A DNA stretch of 64,000 nt from Planctomycetota bacterium (GTDB taxonomy: Bacteria; Planctomycetota; B15-G4): positions 32,001 through 96,000 of the forward strand of contig JBBQUR010000007.1 of assembly GCA_038212275.1 (NCBI GenBank), read 5' to 3'. Below, in pieces: positions 9,503-18,813 of the stretch; within the stretch, counting starts at the first letter, position 1; the number at the start of each line of letters is the position of its first letter. Below the pieces are notes generated by a model. The model did no database searches. It worked only from the letters and a program-made list of their open reading frames with translations, and was not told the origin of the DNA. The position numbers were made by a program, and so were the translations under genes.

Positions 9503-12500
9503 CTACTCGATGATCTCGCGCAGCTCCACCCGCCGGAACTCGATGGGCGCGCCCTCGCTCTGCAGGGCAATGCCGCCAGGCAGCTCGGCGCACCAGTGCG
9601 CACGGTTCTGCACCTGCCCGTTGACCTCCAGGGCGAGGTCGCCGTCGCGCAGCGTGATGCGGTAGGTGTTCCACTCGCCGAGCGGGCGCTCGCTGGACGG
9701 CAGCAGTTTCACGGTGCGCCGGCCGCTCGTGCGCGCCGCGTCGGCAACCATCGGGAAGTCGCCGATGTTCCAGATGTCGCCCGCGTCGCCGCTGTTGAGC
9801 TGGCACTCGATGCTGCGCGGCCAGACCTCGTCGGGCGACTGCACGCGCAGCAGGGCGCCGCTGTTGCCGGGCCTCGCAGGATCGGGGAAGCGCCACTCGA
9901 CGGTCAGTTCGAAACTGGTGAACGCACGCTGCGTGCGGATGTAGCCGACGGGTTGGCCTTCGTCGTGGAGCACCGCGGCGCCATCCACGGTGCGCACGGA
10001 CCACGCGGAGGTGTTCGGCACCGCGTCCCAGCCGGCGAGATTCGCGCCGTTCCACAGCGTGACGGGCGGGCCGAAGCGCGGCGGCGCATCGGGATCGTGC
10101 GCGAGGAAGGCGCACAGGTCGGCGAGCTGCTGCGGCGAGAGCCCGCGCGCGATGTCCTGTGGCATGAGCGACAGCTTGCTCGCGCGGCGCTCGACGATGT
10201 CCGCGGCGTCGAACGCGTGGCGCGCGCCGGTGCCGTCCTTCAACAGCACGGTCGCGCCGTCGGCCTGGAGCAGGCCGGCGAGCATGCGGCCGTCGCGCAG
10301 GGTGAGCGTCACGCTCTCGAAGCCGGCGCCGATCGCCGCGCTCGGATTGAGGATCGCGTCAAGCAGCTCGGCGCGGCCGAGCTTGGTGCGGATCGCGGTG
10401 AGCTCAGGGCCCACGTCACCGCCGCGGCCGGACATCGCGTGGCAACTGCTGCAGCGTGCCTCGCCGAAGAACAGCGCCGCGCCGGCGCGGCGGTCGCCCG
10501 GCAGCGCCACCAGCTCCGACATCGGCGGCAGAGCCGGCAGGTCGGGCCGCGTGAAGTGCTCGCTGGCCAGCGCACGCACGCCGAGATCCGGGTTGGTGAA
10601 GATCGCGGCCGCAATCGCGTCGAGCAGCTCGGCGCGCGCCTCGTCGGGCGCGAGCGCGTCGAGCCGCCCCGCCGCCGCCTCCGCGAGCAGCTGCGCGCCG
10701 CCCTGCGGATCGGCGGCGAGCTTCTCGGCGGCCGTGATGCGCGCCCCGAGATCCGCGCCCGGCGTGCGCAGCGTCTCGAGCAGCGCGGCTCGTTGCGCGA
10801 CCTCCGCGGCCGCCGCCGCTTCCGCCACCGCGGCGCGATCCGCGTAGACGATGAACTCCACCTTGGTCGGTGCGCCCGGCTGCTGCGTGCCGCCGTCGTC
10901 GAGCGCCGCCGTCACGGACAGTCGCGCCGCGCCTTCCGGCACCGCGAAGCTGATCTCGCTGGGCGCGTGCGTGCCGAAGCCCTCGCTGTACGCGACGCCG
11001 TCCACCGCGAGCGGCCCGCCGTCGCAGTTCGCGCCGACATGCACGCTGCCCCACCCCGCGCTCGCCGACAGCGGCGCCGGCGCGCCGGCCACCGCGAGGC
11101 GGATGTCGTGTGGTGAGGCGGGCGCGCTCGTCACGCCGGTGAAGCGCGGTGCGAGCCAATCGGCCCAGTCGGCGCCATTGCCGTTGTCGGCGGGCGTGGC
11201 GACGAGGGCGACGCGGCGCGAGCCGGAGATGTCCACGTCCACCGGCAGGCTGCCGCCCGTGACGGGGCCGCTGCGCCAGACGATCTGCGCGTCGGTCCAC
11301 GCCTCCGCAGTCTGCAGGTGCCGCGCGAGATCGTAGGCGCGCCAGTCGGCGGCGTCGTTGTGCCGCACCCAGAACGCCGCAACTTCGCGCGTGTCCGCCG
11401 GCCCGGCGAGCGCCAGCGTGAGCATGCCCTCCGCGGCTTCGCGCGAGCGGCAGAAGGCCAGCGCAGTCAGCGACTCCTCGCGTGCCGCGCGATCGAGTCG
11501 CTCCGAGCCAGCGCGCGTGGCGAAGGCCGGCACGAGAGACTCCGTGTGGAGTTGGCAGGCCAGCCGGGCGCGCATGCCCGACCACTGCAGCGGTTCGTCG
11601 AGTTCCTCCCCGGCCTGGCTGCGCCAGTCCGCCACGAACTCATCCCCCTTGCCTTCCCATGCGAGCCAGCCGAAGTGGCCCAACTGGAACGCCCGGAAGA
11701 GCCCGGCGTGCGCGGCGAACGGCGCGCCCCGCAGCGCACTCGCCAGCACCGGATCCAACTCCGGGAAACCCGCGAAGAGGTCTTCGGGCACCAGGTCTTC
11801 GATGTCCGCGCCCCTGGTGAGCGCCGCCCGCGCCCACGCACTGGCCGCGTGCCAATCCCGGTCCGCGCCGGCCGGACGCGGCGGCACGCGCGGCGAGTGG
11901 TCGGCGGCCGCACGCGCCCAGATGAGCCGCGCACCGAGGGCGGAGTCGGGCGCTTCCGCAGCGCACCGCGCATCGATGGCGTCCAGCCCGTCCGCGTCCA
12001 CGTCGGCGAGAGCGGCCCAGCCCTGCGCACGGACGGACATCGAGGGACTGCCCAGCGCGTCGAGTGCCTGCGCGAGATCTGCCGGTGGCGAGGCCTGCGC
12101 GCCGAGCGTCTTTCCGCTGCCCGTGGCCGAGACGCGCAGCAGCCGGCCGTAGGCCTCGCGATCTCCCGCCATGTGGCCGCCCACGCCCGGATCGAACCAG
12201 TCCGCGACGAGCACCGAGCCATCCGGCGCCACGCACACATCGCTCGGGCGGAAGAGCCGCCAAGTCTCGTCGCCTTCGTGCGACGGTCTGCTGACCAGCA
12301 ATCCCGTCAACTGCCTGCCGTAGGGTGTCAGGCCGTTGACGGGCGGTGCGGCGTCGACGGGCCAGAGGAACACGCCTTGGCTGCGATCCGGCGCCTGCTT
12401 GAGCGCGAACACGCAGTTGCGTCCCGCGTCCGCGCAGAACAGCGCGCCGCGCAGCGGCTCCGGCAGCGCGTCACCTTCGTACACGCACACGCCCGTCGGG

Positions 12501-13549
12501 CCGCCGCTGCCGGTGATGAGCGTGGTGGGCGCGACGCCGGGGTCGTCCTGATGCCAGTGCGCGCGTTGCGTGTTCTGGCCGGGGCGCCGGTCGGCTTGCC
12601 AGAAGCGGCTGCCGTCGGCGGACATGTAGCCGTAGTTGCCACCTTCGATCACGTTCGTGACGCGGCAGCCCTGGTTGCCGTCGTCGTCGTTGTCGAAGGT
12701 CCACAGGTCACCAAAGGAATCGACCGCGACCTCGTACGGATTGCGGAAGTTGTGCGCGAGCACGGTGAGTCCTGTGCCGTCCGTGTTGCAGCGCAGGATG
12801 AGGCCGCCGACGTAGGCGCGGCCGTCATCGCTCACGAGGCCGGGGCGATTGCCCGCGAGACGCTCGCCGCCGCCGTCGTACGCGCTGCCGCTGCGCAGCG
12901 TCCAGCCGGAGCGGTCCGTGACGATGTGCGGGCCTGCGTTGCCCAGCGCCATGTAGAGGCGACCGTCCGGCCCCTGCGTGAAACTGTGCGCGCCATGATC
13001 GTGGTTCGGGCCGCCGAAACCGGTGAGGAACACCTCCTTGCGGTCCGCGTGCAGGTCGCCGTCGTCGTCGTAGTAGGCCCACACCGTCGGCGAGCACGAC
13101 ACGAGCACCTTGTCGGGCAGCCAGCAGATGCCGAGCGGCGAGACGAGGTCGGCGTCCTGGGCAAACACGGAACTGGACTCCGCGACGCCGTCGCCGTCCT
13201 TGTCCTCCAGCACCATGACGCGATCTCCCGCGTCGTGGTGCAGCCCCGGATTGCGCCCGTCCCACTGCCGATAGTTGACGGCTTCGGTCACCCACACGCG
13301 GCCCTGCGGATCGATGTCGATCGCCGTCGGGTTGTAGAAGAGCGGCGACTCGGCCCAGAGCGAGACCTCGCAGCCCGCCGGCACCGCGAAGCCGGCGGTG
13401 AGGTCACCCGATGCGGACGCCGGCGTGCCGCTGCCGGATGCCGCTGGATCGCGAGCGGCTGCGGCAGCCGTCGCGTCCGATTGGGCAGGCGCGCAGATTT
13501 CGAGGCATGCCAGCGCGAGCGCCGTGCGGCGGAAGGCGGATGCGGACAT
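9503..13549 (-). CDS. PVC-type heme-binding CxxCH protein (beta-propeller dehydrogenase-like + NPCBM-like + cytochrome c + DUF1080-like)
   Basis: GFAVPAGCEVSLWAESP...NPT, HNFRNPYE, RPSDV; GFGTHAPSEI (NPCBM-like); CSSCH...VGPEL...SLMP; NSG...SIECQL...GEWN...IALQSEG (DUF1080-like). ATG 13549 has a GGAG RBS. Confidence 0.88.
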   Translation of the reverse strand: MSASAFRRTALALACLEICAPAQSDATAAAAARDPAASGSGTPASASGDLTAGFAVPAGCEVSLWAESPLFYNPTAIDIDPQGRVWVTEAVNYRQWDGRNPGLHHDAGDRVMVLEDKDGDGVAESSSVFAQDADLVSPLGICWLPDKVLVSCSPTVWAYYDDDGDLHADRKEVFLTGFGGPNHDHGAHSFTQGPDGRLYMALGNAGPHIVTDRSGWTLRSGSAYDGGGERLAGNRPGLVSDDGRAYVGGLILRCNTDGTGLTVLAHNFRNPYEVAVDSFGDLWTFDNDDDGNQGCRVTNVIEGGNYGYMSADGSRFWQADRRPGQNTQRAHWHQDDPGVAPTTLITGSGGPTGVCVYEGDALPEPLRGALFCADAGRNCVFALKQAPDRSQGVFLWPVDAAPPVNGLTPYGRQLTGLLVSRPSHEGDETWRLFRPSDVCVAPDGSVLVADWFDPGVGGHMAGDREAYGRLLRVSATGSGKTLGAQASPPADLAQALDALGSPSMSVRAQGWAALADVDADGLDAIDARCAAEAPDSALGARLIWARAAADHSPRVPPRPAGADRDWHAASAWARAALTRGADIEDLVPEDLFAGFPELDPVLASALRGAPFAAHAGLFRAFQLGHFGWLAWEGKGDEFVADWRSQAGEELDEPLQWSGMRARLACQLHTESLVPAFATRAGSERLDRAAREESLTALAFCRSREAAEGMLTLALAGPADTREVAAFWVRHNDAADWRAYDLARHLQTAEAWTDAQIVWRSGPVTGGSLPVDVDISGSRRVALVATPADNGNGADWADWLAPRFTGVTSAPASPHDIRLAVAGAPAPLSASAGWGSVHVGANCDGGPLAVDGVAYSEGFGTHAPSEISFAVPEGAARLSVTAALDDGGTQQPGAPTKVEFIVYADRAAVAEAAAAAEVAQRAALLETLRTPGADLGARITAAEKLAADPQGGAQLLAEAAAGRLDALAPDEARAELLDAIAAAIFTNPDLGVRALASEHFTRPDLPALPPMSELVALPGDRRAGAALFFGEARCSSCHAMSGRGGDVGPELTAIRTKLGRAELLDAILNPSAAIGAGFESVTLTLRDGRMLAGLLQADGATVLLKDGTGARHAFDAADIVERRASKLSLMPQDIARGLSPQQLADLCAFLAHDPDAPPRFGPPVTLWNGANLAGWDAVPNTSAWSVRTVDGAAVLHDEGQPVGYIRTQRAFTSFELTVEWRFPDPARPGNSGALLRVQSPDEVWPRSIECQLNSGDAGDIWNIGDFPMVADAARTSGRRTVKLLPSSERPLGEWNTYRITLRDGDLALEVNGQVQNRAHWCAELPGGIALQSEGAPIEFRRVELREIIE

Positions 13550-13744
13550 GCCTGTGCTCCAGGGAGAATGCAGCCTGCAGCCACCGGACACGGCGCGCCC
13601 GAACCGCATCCTTGCATGCTCTCATGCGGAGCCTCGGCACGCACCTGCGCCCGCAGCACACACCTGCAGCCGCAGCGCGCGCCTGACCCTGCGCGCGAAG
13701 GAGTCCGCAAGCGACATCGTGCAGTCGGCATGCTGCGCGCAGCG

Positions 13745-14407
13745 CTAGCCGGAGCTGTCGTCGGCGAGCAGGCGCACGAGCAGCGCGACGCCGGAGGCGC
13801 GGCTCCCGCCGAGTTCGAGCTGCGGCACCGTCGGCTCGTCGTGCACCGGCGCCTCCCCGTCGCGAGCCGCCGGCGCGCCGCCGACCCAGAGGCTCTCGCC
13901 CGCGGCCAGGAGCAGGCTTCCGCCCGAGCCCGTCACGCGCGCGTCGATCGCACCGGAGATCACGTGCACGAAGGTGTGTCCGGGGCCGGGCAGCTCGAGC
14001 ACGTGCAGGCTGCGGGCTCCCGGCCGCAGCAGCGTCACCACGGCGTGCACGAGGCCGCGCCGCACCAGGATGTTGAGGTCCGTCACCGGTCCGTCGATGA
14101 GCGTCGCGCTCGTCGACCAGTCGCCGGAGAAACGCTGCGGCGACAGCGGCAGCACGCGCACGCGCGGCGCGCTGCGGCCGTGCTGCAGGCGCAGTCCCGC
14201 CCCGGAGGTCACGACGAGCACGCGATCGAAACCCGGAAACGCGGAGAAGGGCCCGGGCTCGTCCACCGCGGCGCGGGCGATGCGCCAGTCGTAGTCGCCG
14301 CGCTCGAAGGCTGCGCCCTCCGGCCACAGCGCCAGTTCGTCGGTGAAGCCACGGCCGTTCTTCCACGCGACGCGGCGCGCGTCGGCCGCCGTGAGGTGGC
14401 GGATCAT
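13745..14407 (-). CDS. HutD/Ves family protein
   Basis: WKNGRGFTDE, YDWRIARA, GPFSAFPGFDR, DLN; C-terminal part of track ORF 13745..15289. Confidence 0.9.
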   Translation of the reverse strand: MIRHLTAADARRVAWKNGRGFTDELALWPEGAAFERGDYDWRIARAAVDEPGPFSAFPGFDRVLVVTSGAGLRLQHGRSAPRVRVLPLSPQRFSGDWSTSATLIDGPVTDLNILVRRGLVHAVVTLLRPGARSLHVLELPGPGHTFVHVISGAIDARVTGSGGSLLLAAGESLWVGGAPAARDGEAPVHDEPTVPQLELGGSRASGVALLVRLLADDSSG

Positions 14408-14576
14408 GCGCACGGGCGCACTCCCGGCAGAGACGGGCGCCACGCGACGCTCACGGCGCGGGCCCCAAGCTCTCCGCCTCGCCCTCCTCGATGCGCCCGG
14501 GCCGGAGCAGGCATGGCGCGAGCTGCGACCCGAGCTGCGACCCGAGCTGCTGCGGAGAGGCGTGGCCGCCGCTCCG

Positions 14577-15209
14577 TCACCCGGGTGCCTGTCCGTCATC
14601 GAGGTGCGTGGCCAGCTCGGCCAGCGCGCGCGAGAGCAGATTGCGCACGGACGCTTCCGTACGGCCCATGCGCTCCGCGATCTCCGCCCGCGACAGGCCG
14701 ACGATGCGCGAGAGCACGATGACCTCGCGGTAGTCCTCGGGCAGTTTCTCGAAGGCGCTCTCGAGGCGGTCCATGAGCTCGCGTCCCATGGCGACGCGGC
14801 TGGGCGACGACAGGCTGCAGTACACGGCCGCGAGGCGCGCGTCCCGGTCGCCATCGCTGCCGCCGGGTGGCGCGTCCAGCGCCATCGCCTCGCGGCGGAC
14901 GTCGCGCTTTCCAGCCGTCCAGTGCTCGGCGCGGTCCGCGATCTTGCGCATGGCCGTCGCGTACAGCCAGGCCCGGAAGGCCGATTCGCCCGGGTAGCGG
15001 AAGCGGTCGATGTTCTCGAGCACGTCCCGGCAGACGGACTGGACGAGGTCGCTCGCCGACTCGCGCGCGCGCAGCATCGGCCCGGCGCGCAGGCGCACGT
15101 AGGCGCGCAGGCCGGGCAGATGCTGGTGCAGGAGGGCCTCCACGGCCGCCGCATCGCCCGCCGCGGCGGCCTCCACGAGCACTCGGCTCTTGTCGCAATC
15201 CTCCGGCAT
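14577..15209 (-). CDS. ECF sigma-70 factor (planctomycete-type)
   Basis: AAAGDAAAVEALL, ASDLVQ, FRAWL, SPSRVA, LPEDYREVIVL...EIAERMGRT; start taken at ATG 15209. Confidence 0.9.
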   Translation of the reverse strand: MPEDCDKSRVLVEAAAAGDAAAVEALLHQHLPGLRAYVRLRAGPMLRARESASDLVQSVCRDVLENIDRFRYPGESAFRAWLYATAMRKIADRAEHWTAGKRDVRREAMALDAPPGGSDGDRDARLAAVYCSLSSPSRVAMGRELMDRLESAFEKLPEDYREVIVLSRIVGLSRAEIAERMGRTEASVRNLLSRALAELATHLDDGQAPG

Positions 15210-15291
15210 GTCGAGGATCCTACCTTGACCCCACGGCGCCGATCGGCGACGCGTAGTGGGCCGCCCGACCCCGGGCCCCGAGGAGCCAACC

Positions 15292-16389
15292 ATGTTTCAC
15301 GAGTTCCGGACCGCGCGAGGCCTTTGTCTCGTCCTGCTGTCGACGCTTTGCGCCGGCCCTGCCGCGAGTGCCTTGCAGACTGCGGAACAGCCCGGCGAGC
15401 AGCCGTCGGCGGCCTCCGGCACTCCGGGTGCCTGGGGCCGCACCGACACGGCGACCGCGGCGCCGCCGGCCATCGTGGCGAGCGCGCAGTACGTCGGCGC
15501 GACGGTGCACTCGAGCGACGGCAAGGTCCTCGGGCCCGTCGTGGACCTCGGCATCGACGGTCGCGACGGCGCCGTGCTCTTCGTGGCCATCGCGTCGGAC
15601 AAGGGCATCGGCACCAGGGATCGCCTCACCGCCGTGCCGATCAAGCTGCTCGCCTTCGGTCCCGACGGGCTGGGGCTCGTGGGCGTCAGCCGGGCGCGCT
15701 TCGCCGGCGCACCGAGGTTCATGCCCGAGACCTGGCCGGACGCCTCCGACGTCGTCGCGTACGCGGCGTGGACCGCCACCGTCTGGCACTACTTCGACGA
15801 GACGCCGACGTGGAATTTCGACGGGCCCTACGAGCCCTACACCTCGGGAGAGCAGGAGCCGCCTGCAGACGGATCGCCGATTCCACGCGGGCACGAGGCG
15901 CCGGAGACTCCCGAGGAAGCCCGGATCCAGGAAGCCGGACGGGCGGCCAACCTCTTGAATCGTCCCGATGGCGTGCGCGCTTCGGCGCTGGTCACCGCGG
16001 ACGTGTTCGACGGCCAGAAGCAGCGCTGCGGTCGCGTGCGCGCCGTCTGCATCGACCAGCGCACGGGCAGGATCGCGTGCCTGGCCGTCGCGCGGCGCGA
16101 GACGAGCGGCGTGACGGGCAGCAGCGTGGACGACAGCGTGCTGTTGCCGCTGCCGTGGCGCGCTCTCAACTGCCGCCTCGCCGGCGAGCGGGTCTTCACC
16201 AACTTGACGCCCGAGCAATTCGACCAGGCGCCCGACTTCCCTGCCAGCACGTGGCCGGACCTCGCCGCGCCCGAGTGGCAGCAGCGCCTCGACACCTTCT
16301 ATCCGCCGATTGCGGAGGCGCCGGCCGAGGCACCGCAGGCGCCTCAGGCACACGAAGCGCAGGGAGCGCCCCCCGCCGCGGGCGGTTAG
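15292..16389 (+). CDS. Secreted protein with two PRC-barrel domains
   Basis: AGGAG RBS; signal peptide; ASAQYVGATVHSSDGKVLGPVVDL and RASALVTADVFDGQKQRCGRV repeats, each ending in AP.F....WPD. Confidence 0.82.
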   Translation: MFHEFRTARGLCLVLLSTLCAGPAASALQTAEQPGEQPSAASGTPGAWGRTDTATAAPPAIVASAQYVGATVHSSDGKVLGPVVDLGIDGRDGAVLFVAIASDKGIGTRDRLTAVPIKLLAFGPDGLGLVGVSRARFAGAPRFMPETWPDASDVVAYAAWTATVWHYFDETPTWNFDGPYEPYTSGEQEPPADGSPIPRGHEAPETPEEARIQEAGRAANLLNRPDGVRASALVTADVFDGQKQRCGRVRAVCIDQRTGRIACLAVARRETSGVTGSSVDDSVLLPLPWRALNCRLAGERVFTNLTPEQFDQAPDFPASTWPDLAAPEWQQRLDTFYPPIAEAPAEAPQAPQAHEAQGAPPAAGG

Positions 16390-16425
16390 CATGCCCCGGC
16401 CCATTCCCGCCGCGGAGCCCGCACT

Positions 16426-17718
16426 TTGAACGTCCCACCACGCTCCGCCGGCCTCGCGGCCGCTTTCACCCTGTTGCTCGCCGTCGTTCCCGGAGCACGC
16501 GCCCAGGTCTGCTGCGATCCGTGGACCGACCTCGGGCAGAGCCTGCCCGGCACGCACGGCGCGCCACTGCTGGAGGCCTCGGGTTCGCTGGCCGAGCTCA
16601 CGCAGGTCACGCTCGATCTCGACAACGCACTGGAGAACTCGCAGGCGTGGTTGATCATCGGCGTCGCGCAGCTGGGCGCGCCGTTCAAGGGCGGCGTGCT
16701 CGTGCCGACGCCGGACGTCGTGCTGCCGCTCGTCACGAACGCGGCAGGCATGCTCGGCTTCACCGCCACGTTTCCCGCGGGCTTGCCGGTCGGCACGCAG
16801 CTGCTGCTGCAGTGCTGGATCCAGGATCCGGCGGCGGTCGCCGGTTACGCGGCGAGCAACGCGCAGCGCGGACTCATGCCGATGCCCCCGCCTGTCGGCA
16901 ACTTCCCGGCGGACTGGATCTTCGGCACCTGCGCGACCGACCCGAACATGCAAGTGCAGCAGTACGGCGAGAACACCTACATCCTGCGCCAGAGCCAGTG
17001 CTCCAACTTCGAGGGGCCCTTCGTCTTCCTGCTCTTCGGGCAGGACAAGGTGCTGCTGCTCGACACCGGCGCGACCGGCGCGCAGACCTACAACTACGTG
17101 CAGCAGGTCATCACGACGTGGCTCGCAGCGCACGGCAAGGCGTCCATCCCGCTGGTCGTGGCGCACACGCACGGCCACGGCGACCACGTCGCCGGCGACA
17201 GCCAGTTCACCGGCAAGCCGAACACCACGCTCGTCGGCACCTCCGTCACGGCGGTGCAGGCCTTCTGGGGTTTCCAGGACTGGCCCAATGACATCCGCCA
17301 CTACGACCTCGGCGGGCGCATGCTCGACATCATCGCGATCCCGGGCCACCAGGCCGCGCACATCGCGATCTACGACCACGAGACCGCGCTGCTGCTCACC
17401 GGCGACACGCTCTATCCGGGCTTCCTTTTCATCAGCGGCGCAGTGAGCGGCGGCAACTTCACCAAGTACAAGGCCAGCACGCAGCGCCTCGTGGACTTCA
17501 TCGCGGACAAGCCCGTCGCGTGGATCTTCGGCTGCCACGTCGAGATGAAGAGCACGCCCTTCCAGGCCTACACTTACGGCACGAAGCTCCAGCCCCTCGA
17601 GCGCGACCCGCAACTCACGCGCGAACACCTGCTCGAGTTGAACGCCGCGGTGCAGGCGATGGGCAACTCGCCCCACCAGGAGTATCACGCGGACTTTGTC
17701 ATCGATCCGAGCGGCTGA
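16426..17718 (+). CDS. Secreted MBL-fold metallo-hydrolase with N-terminal PFKGG module
   Basis: Signal peptide (ARA-Q); LLDTG, HTHGHGDH, IPGH, LTGDTLYPG, GCHVEM; TTG start. Confidence 0.88.
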   Translation: MNVPPRSAGLAAAFTLLLAVVPGARAQVCCDPWTDLGQSLPGTHGAPLLEASGSLAELTQVTLDLDNALENSQAWLIIGVAQLGAPFKGGVLVPTPDVVLPLVTNAAGMLGFTATFPAGLPVGTQLLLQCWIQDPAAVAGYAASNAQRGLMPMPPPVGNFPADWIFGTCATDPNMQVQQYGENTYILRQSQCSNFEGPFVFLLFGQDKVLLLDTGATGAQTYNYVQQVITTWLAAHGKASIPLVVAHTHGHGDHVAGDSQFTGKPNTTLVGTSVTAVQAFWGFQDWPNDIRHYDLGGRMLDIIAIPGHQAAHIAIYDHETALLLTGDTLYPGFLFISGAVSGGNFTKYKASTQRLVDFIADKPVAWIFGCHVEMKSTPFQAYTYGTKLQPLERDPQLTREHLLELNAAVQAMGNSPHQEYHADFVIDPSG

Positions 17719-17758
17719 GCGCCTGGGACGGCGGCCGTCCCGATTCGCTCGCGCTGCT

Positions 17759-18313
17759 TCAGTCCCGCTGGTGCCTGCGGCGGACGAGGAACGCAACCGC
17801 CCCCGCCAGCACGAGCGCTGCGTAGAGCGCGTACTGGTATTGCCGCACGTCGTCGATCACCAGCTCGATGACCGCGCCGAAGAGGTAGCCCGCACCCACC
17901 ATCGCAGCGGCCCAGAGCGCCGCGCCGACGGCGTTGAGCAGCACGAAGCGCGGCGTGGGAACGTCCGACATGCCGAAGGCGAACGAGAGCACGTTCCGCA
18001 GGCCGTAGAAGAAGCGGAAGCTGAGGATCAGTGCGGTGTAGTAGCGGTCGATGAGCGCCAGCGCACGCGCGACGCGCGGCTTCCACGACGGGTGCCTGTC
18101 CACCCAGCCCTGACCGTAGCGGCGGCCGAGCAGGAACCAGAGCTGATCCCCGCACAGGCTGCCGACGAAGGCGCACAGCATGACGAGGTCGAGGCGCAAC
18201 ACGCCGTTCTTGGCGGCAAAGCCGCCGAGGACGGCAATGGTCTCGCCCTCGAAGAACGTGCCCGCGAAGACTGCCAGCAGGCCCCACTCCGCGACCAGGC
18301 TCTCCAGCGTCAC
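17759..18313 (-). CDS. DedA family membrane protein
   Basis: FFEGETIAVLGG, GSLCGDQLWFLLGR, FRFFYGLR; GTG overlaps the upstream stop (GTGA). Confidence 0.9.
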   Translation of the reverse strand: MTLESLVAEWGLLAVFAGTFFEGETIAVLGGFAAKNGVLRLDLVMLCAFVGSLCGDQLWFLLGRRYGQGWVDRHPSWKPRVARALALIDRYYTALILSFRFFYGLRNVLSFAFGMSDVPTPRFVLLNAVGAALWAAAMVGAGYLFGAVIELVIDDVRQYQYALYAALVLAGAVAFLVRRRHQRD

Positions 18314-18813
18314 GCCACTCCGGCCTGGACCAGCTCCACAAGCACGCCGCCGGTGCTCTGCGGGTGCACGAAGCACACGGTCGTGCCGTGCGCGCCGGGG
18401 CGCGGCGCCTTGTCGATGAGGCGCACGCCGGCCGCGGTCAGCTTCGCGAAGAGCGCGTGGAGGTCGTCCACCTCGAGCGCGACGTGATGGATGCCAGGGC
18501 CGCGCTTGTCCATGAAGCGGCGCACCGGATTGTCGCCGGCATCAGGCTGCAGCAGCTCGATGCAGCCGCCGTGCGCGGGGGCACGGGCGTGAGCATCGGC
18601 GGCGTCGGTCGCCGCGCCGCCGGAGGCCGCGTGCGCGTGAGCTGCGGGTGCATCGCCGGGCGCCCCGCCGAGGCGCAGCATCGCGACGCTGACACCGTCG
18701 CTCGCGACGTGCTCCACGTGCTCCAGCGGCAGGCCGAGCAGGTCGCGCCAGAAATGCAGCACGTCCGCGTGTGCGGGCACCGCGATGCCGAGGTGCGAGA
18801 GGCGCGTTCCCAT
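18310..18813 (-). CDS. mce: Methylmalonyl-CoA epimerase
   Basis: HLGIAV, IELLQP, RGPGIHHVALEV, GAHG...FVHP..TGGVLVELVQ; ~30-aa Ala/Gly/His insert; adjacent to the mutase. Confidence 0.9.
   Translation of the reverse strand: MGTRLSHLGIAVPAHADVLHFWRDLLGLPLEHVEHVASDGVSVAMLRLGGAPGDAPAAHAHAASGGAATDAADAHARAPAHGGCIELLQPDAGDNPVRRFMDKRGPGIHHVALEVDDLHALFAKLTAAGVRLIDKAPRPGAHGTTVCFVHPQSTGGVLVELVQAGVA

Noticed and set aside
11318..17796. Very long alternative-frame ORFs (e.g. 11318..14722, 14343..17291, 15220..17796; likewise 24000..26729, 36395..39844, 54544..56709)
   Set aside because: Arg/Ala/Gly-rich shadow frames typical of high-GC DNA, overlapping genes with clear motifs.
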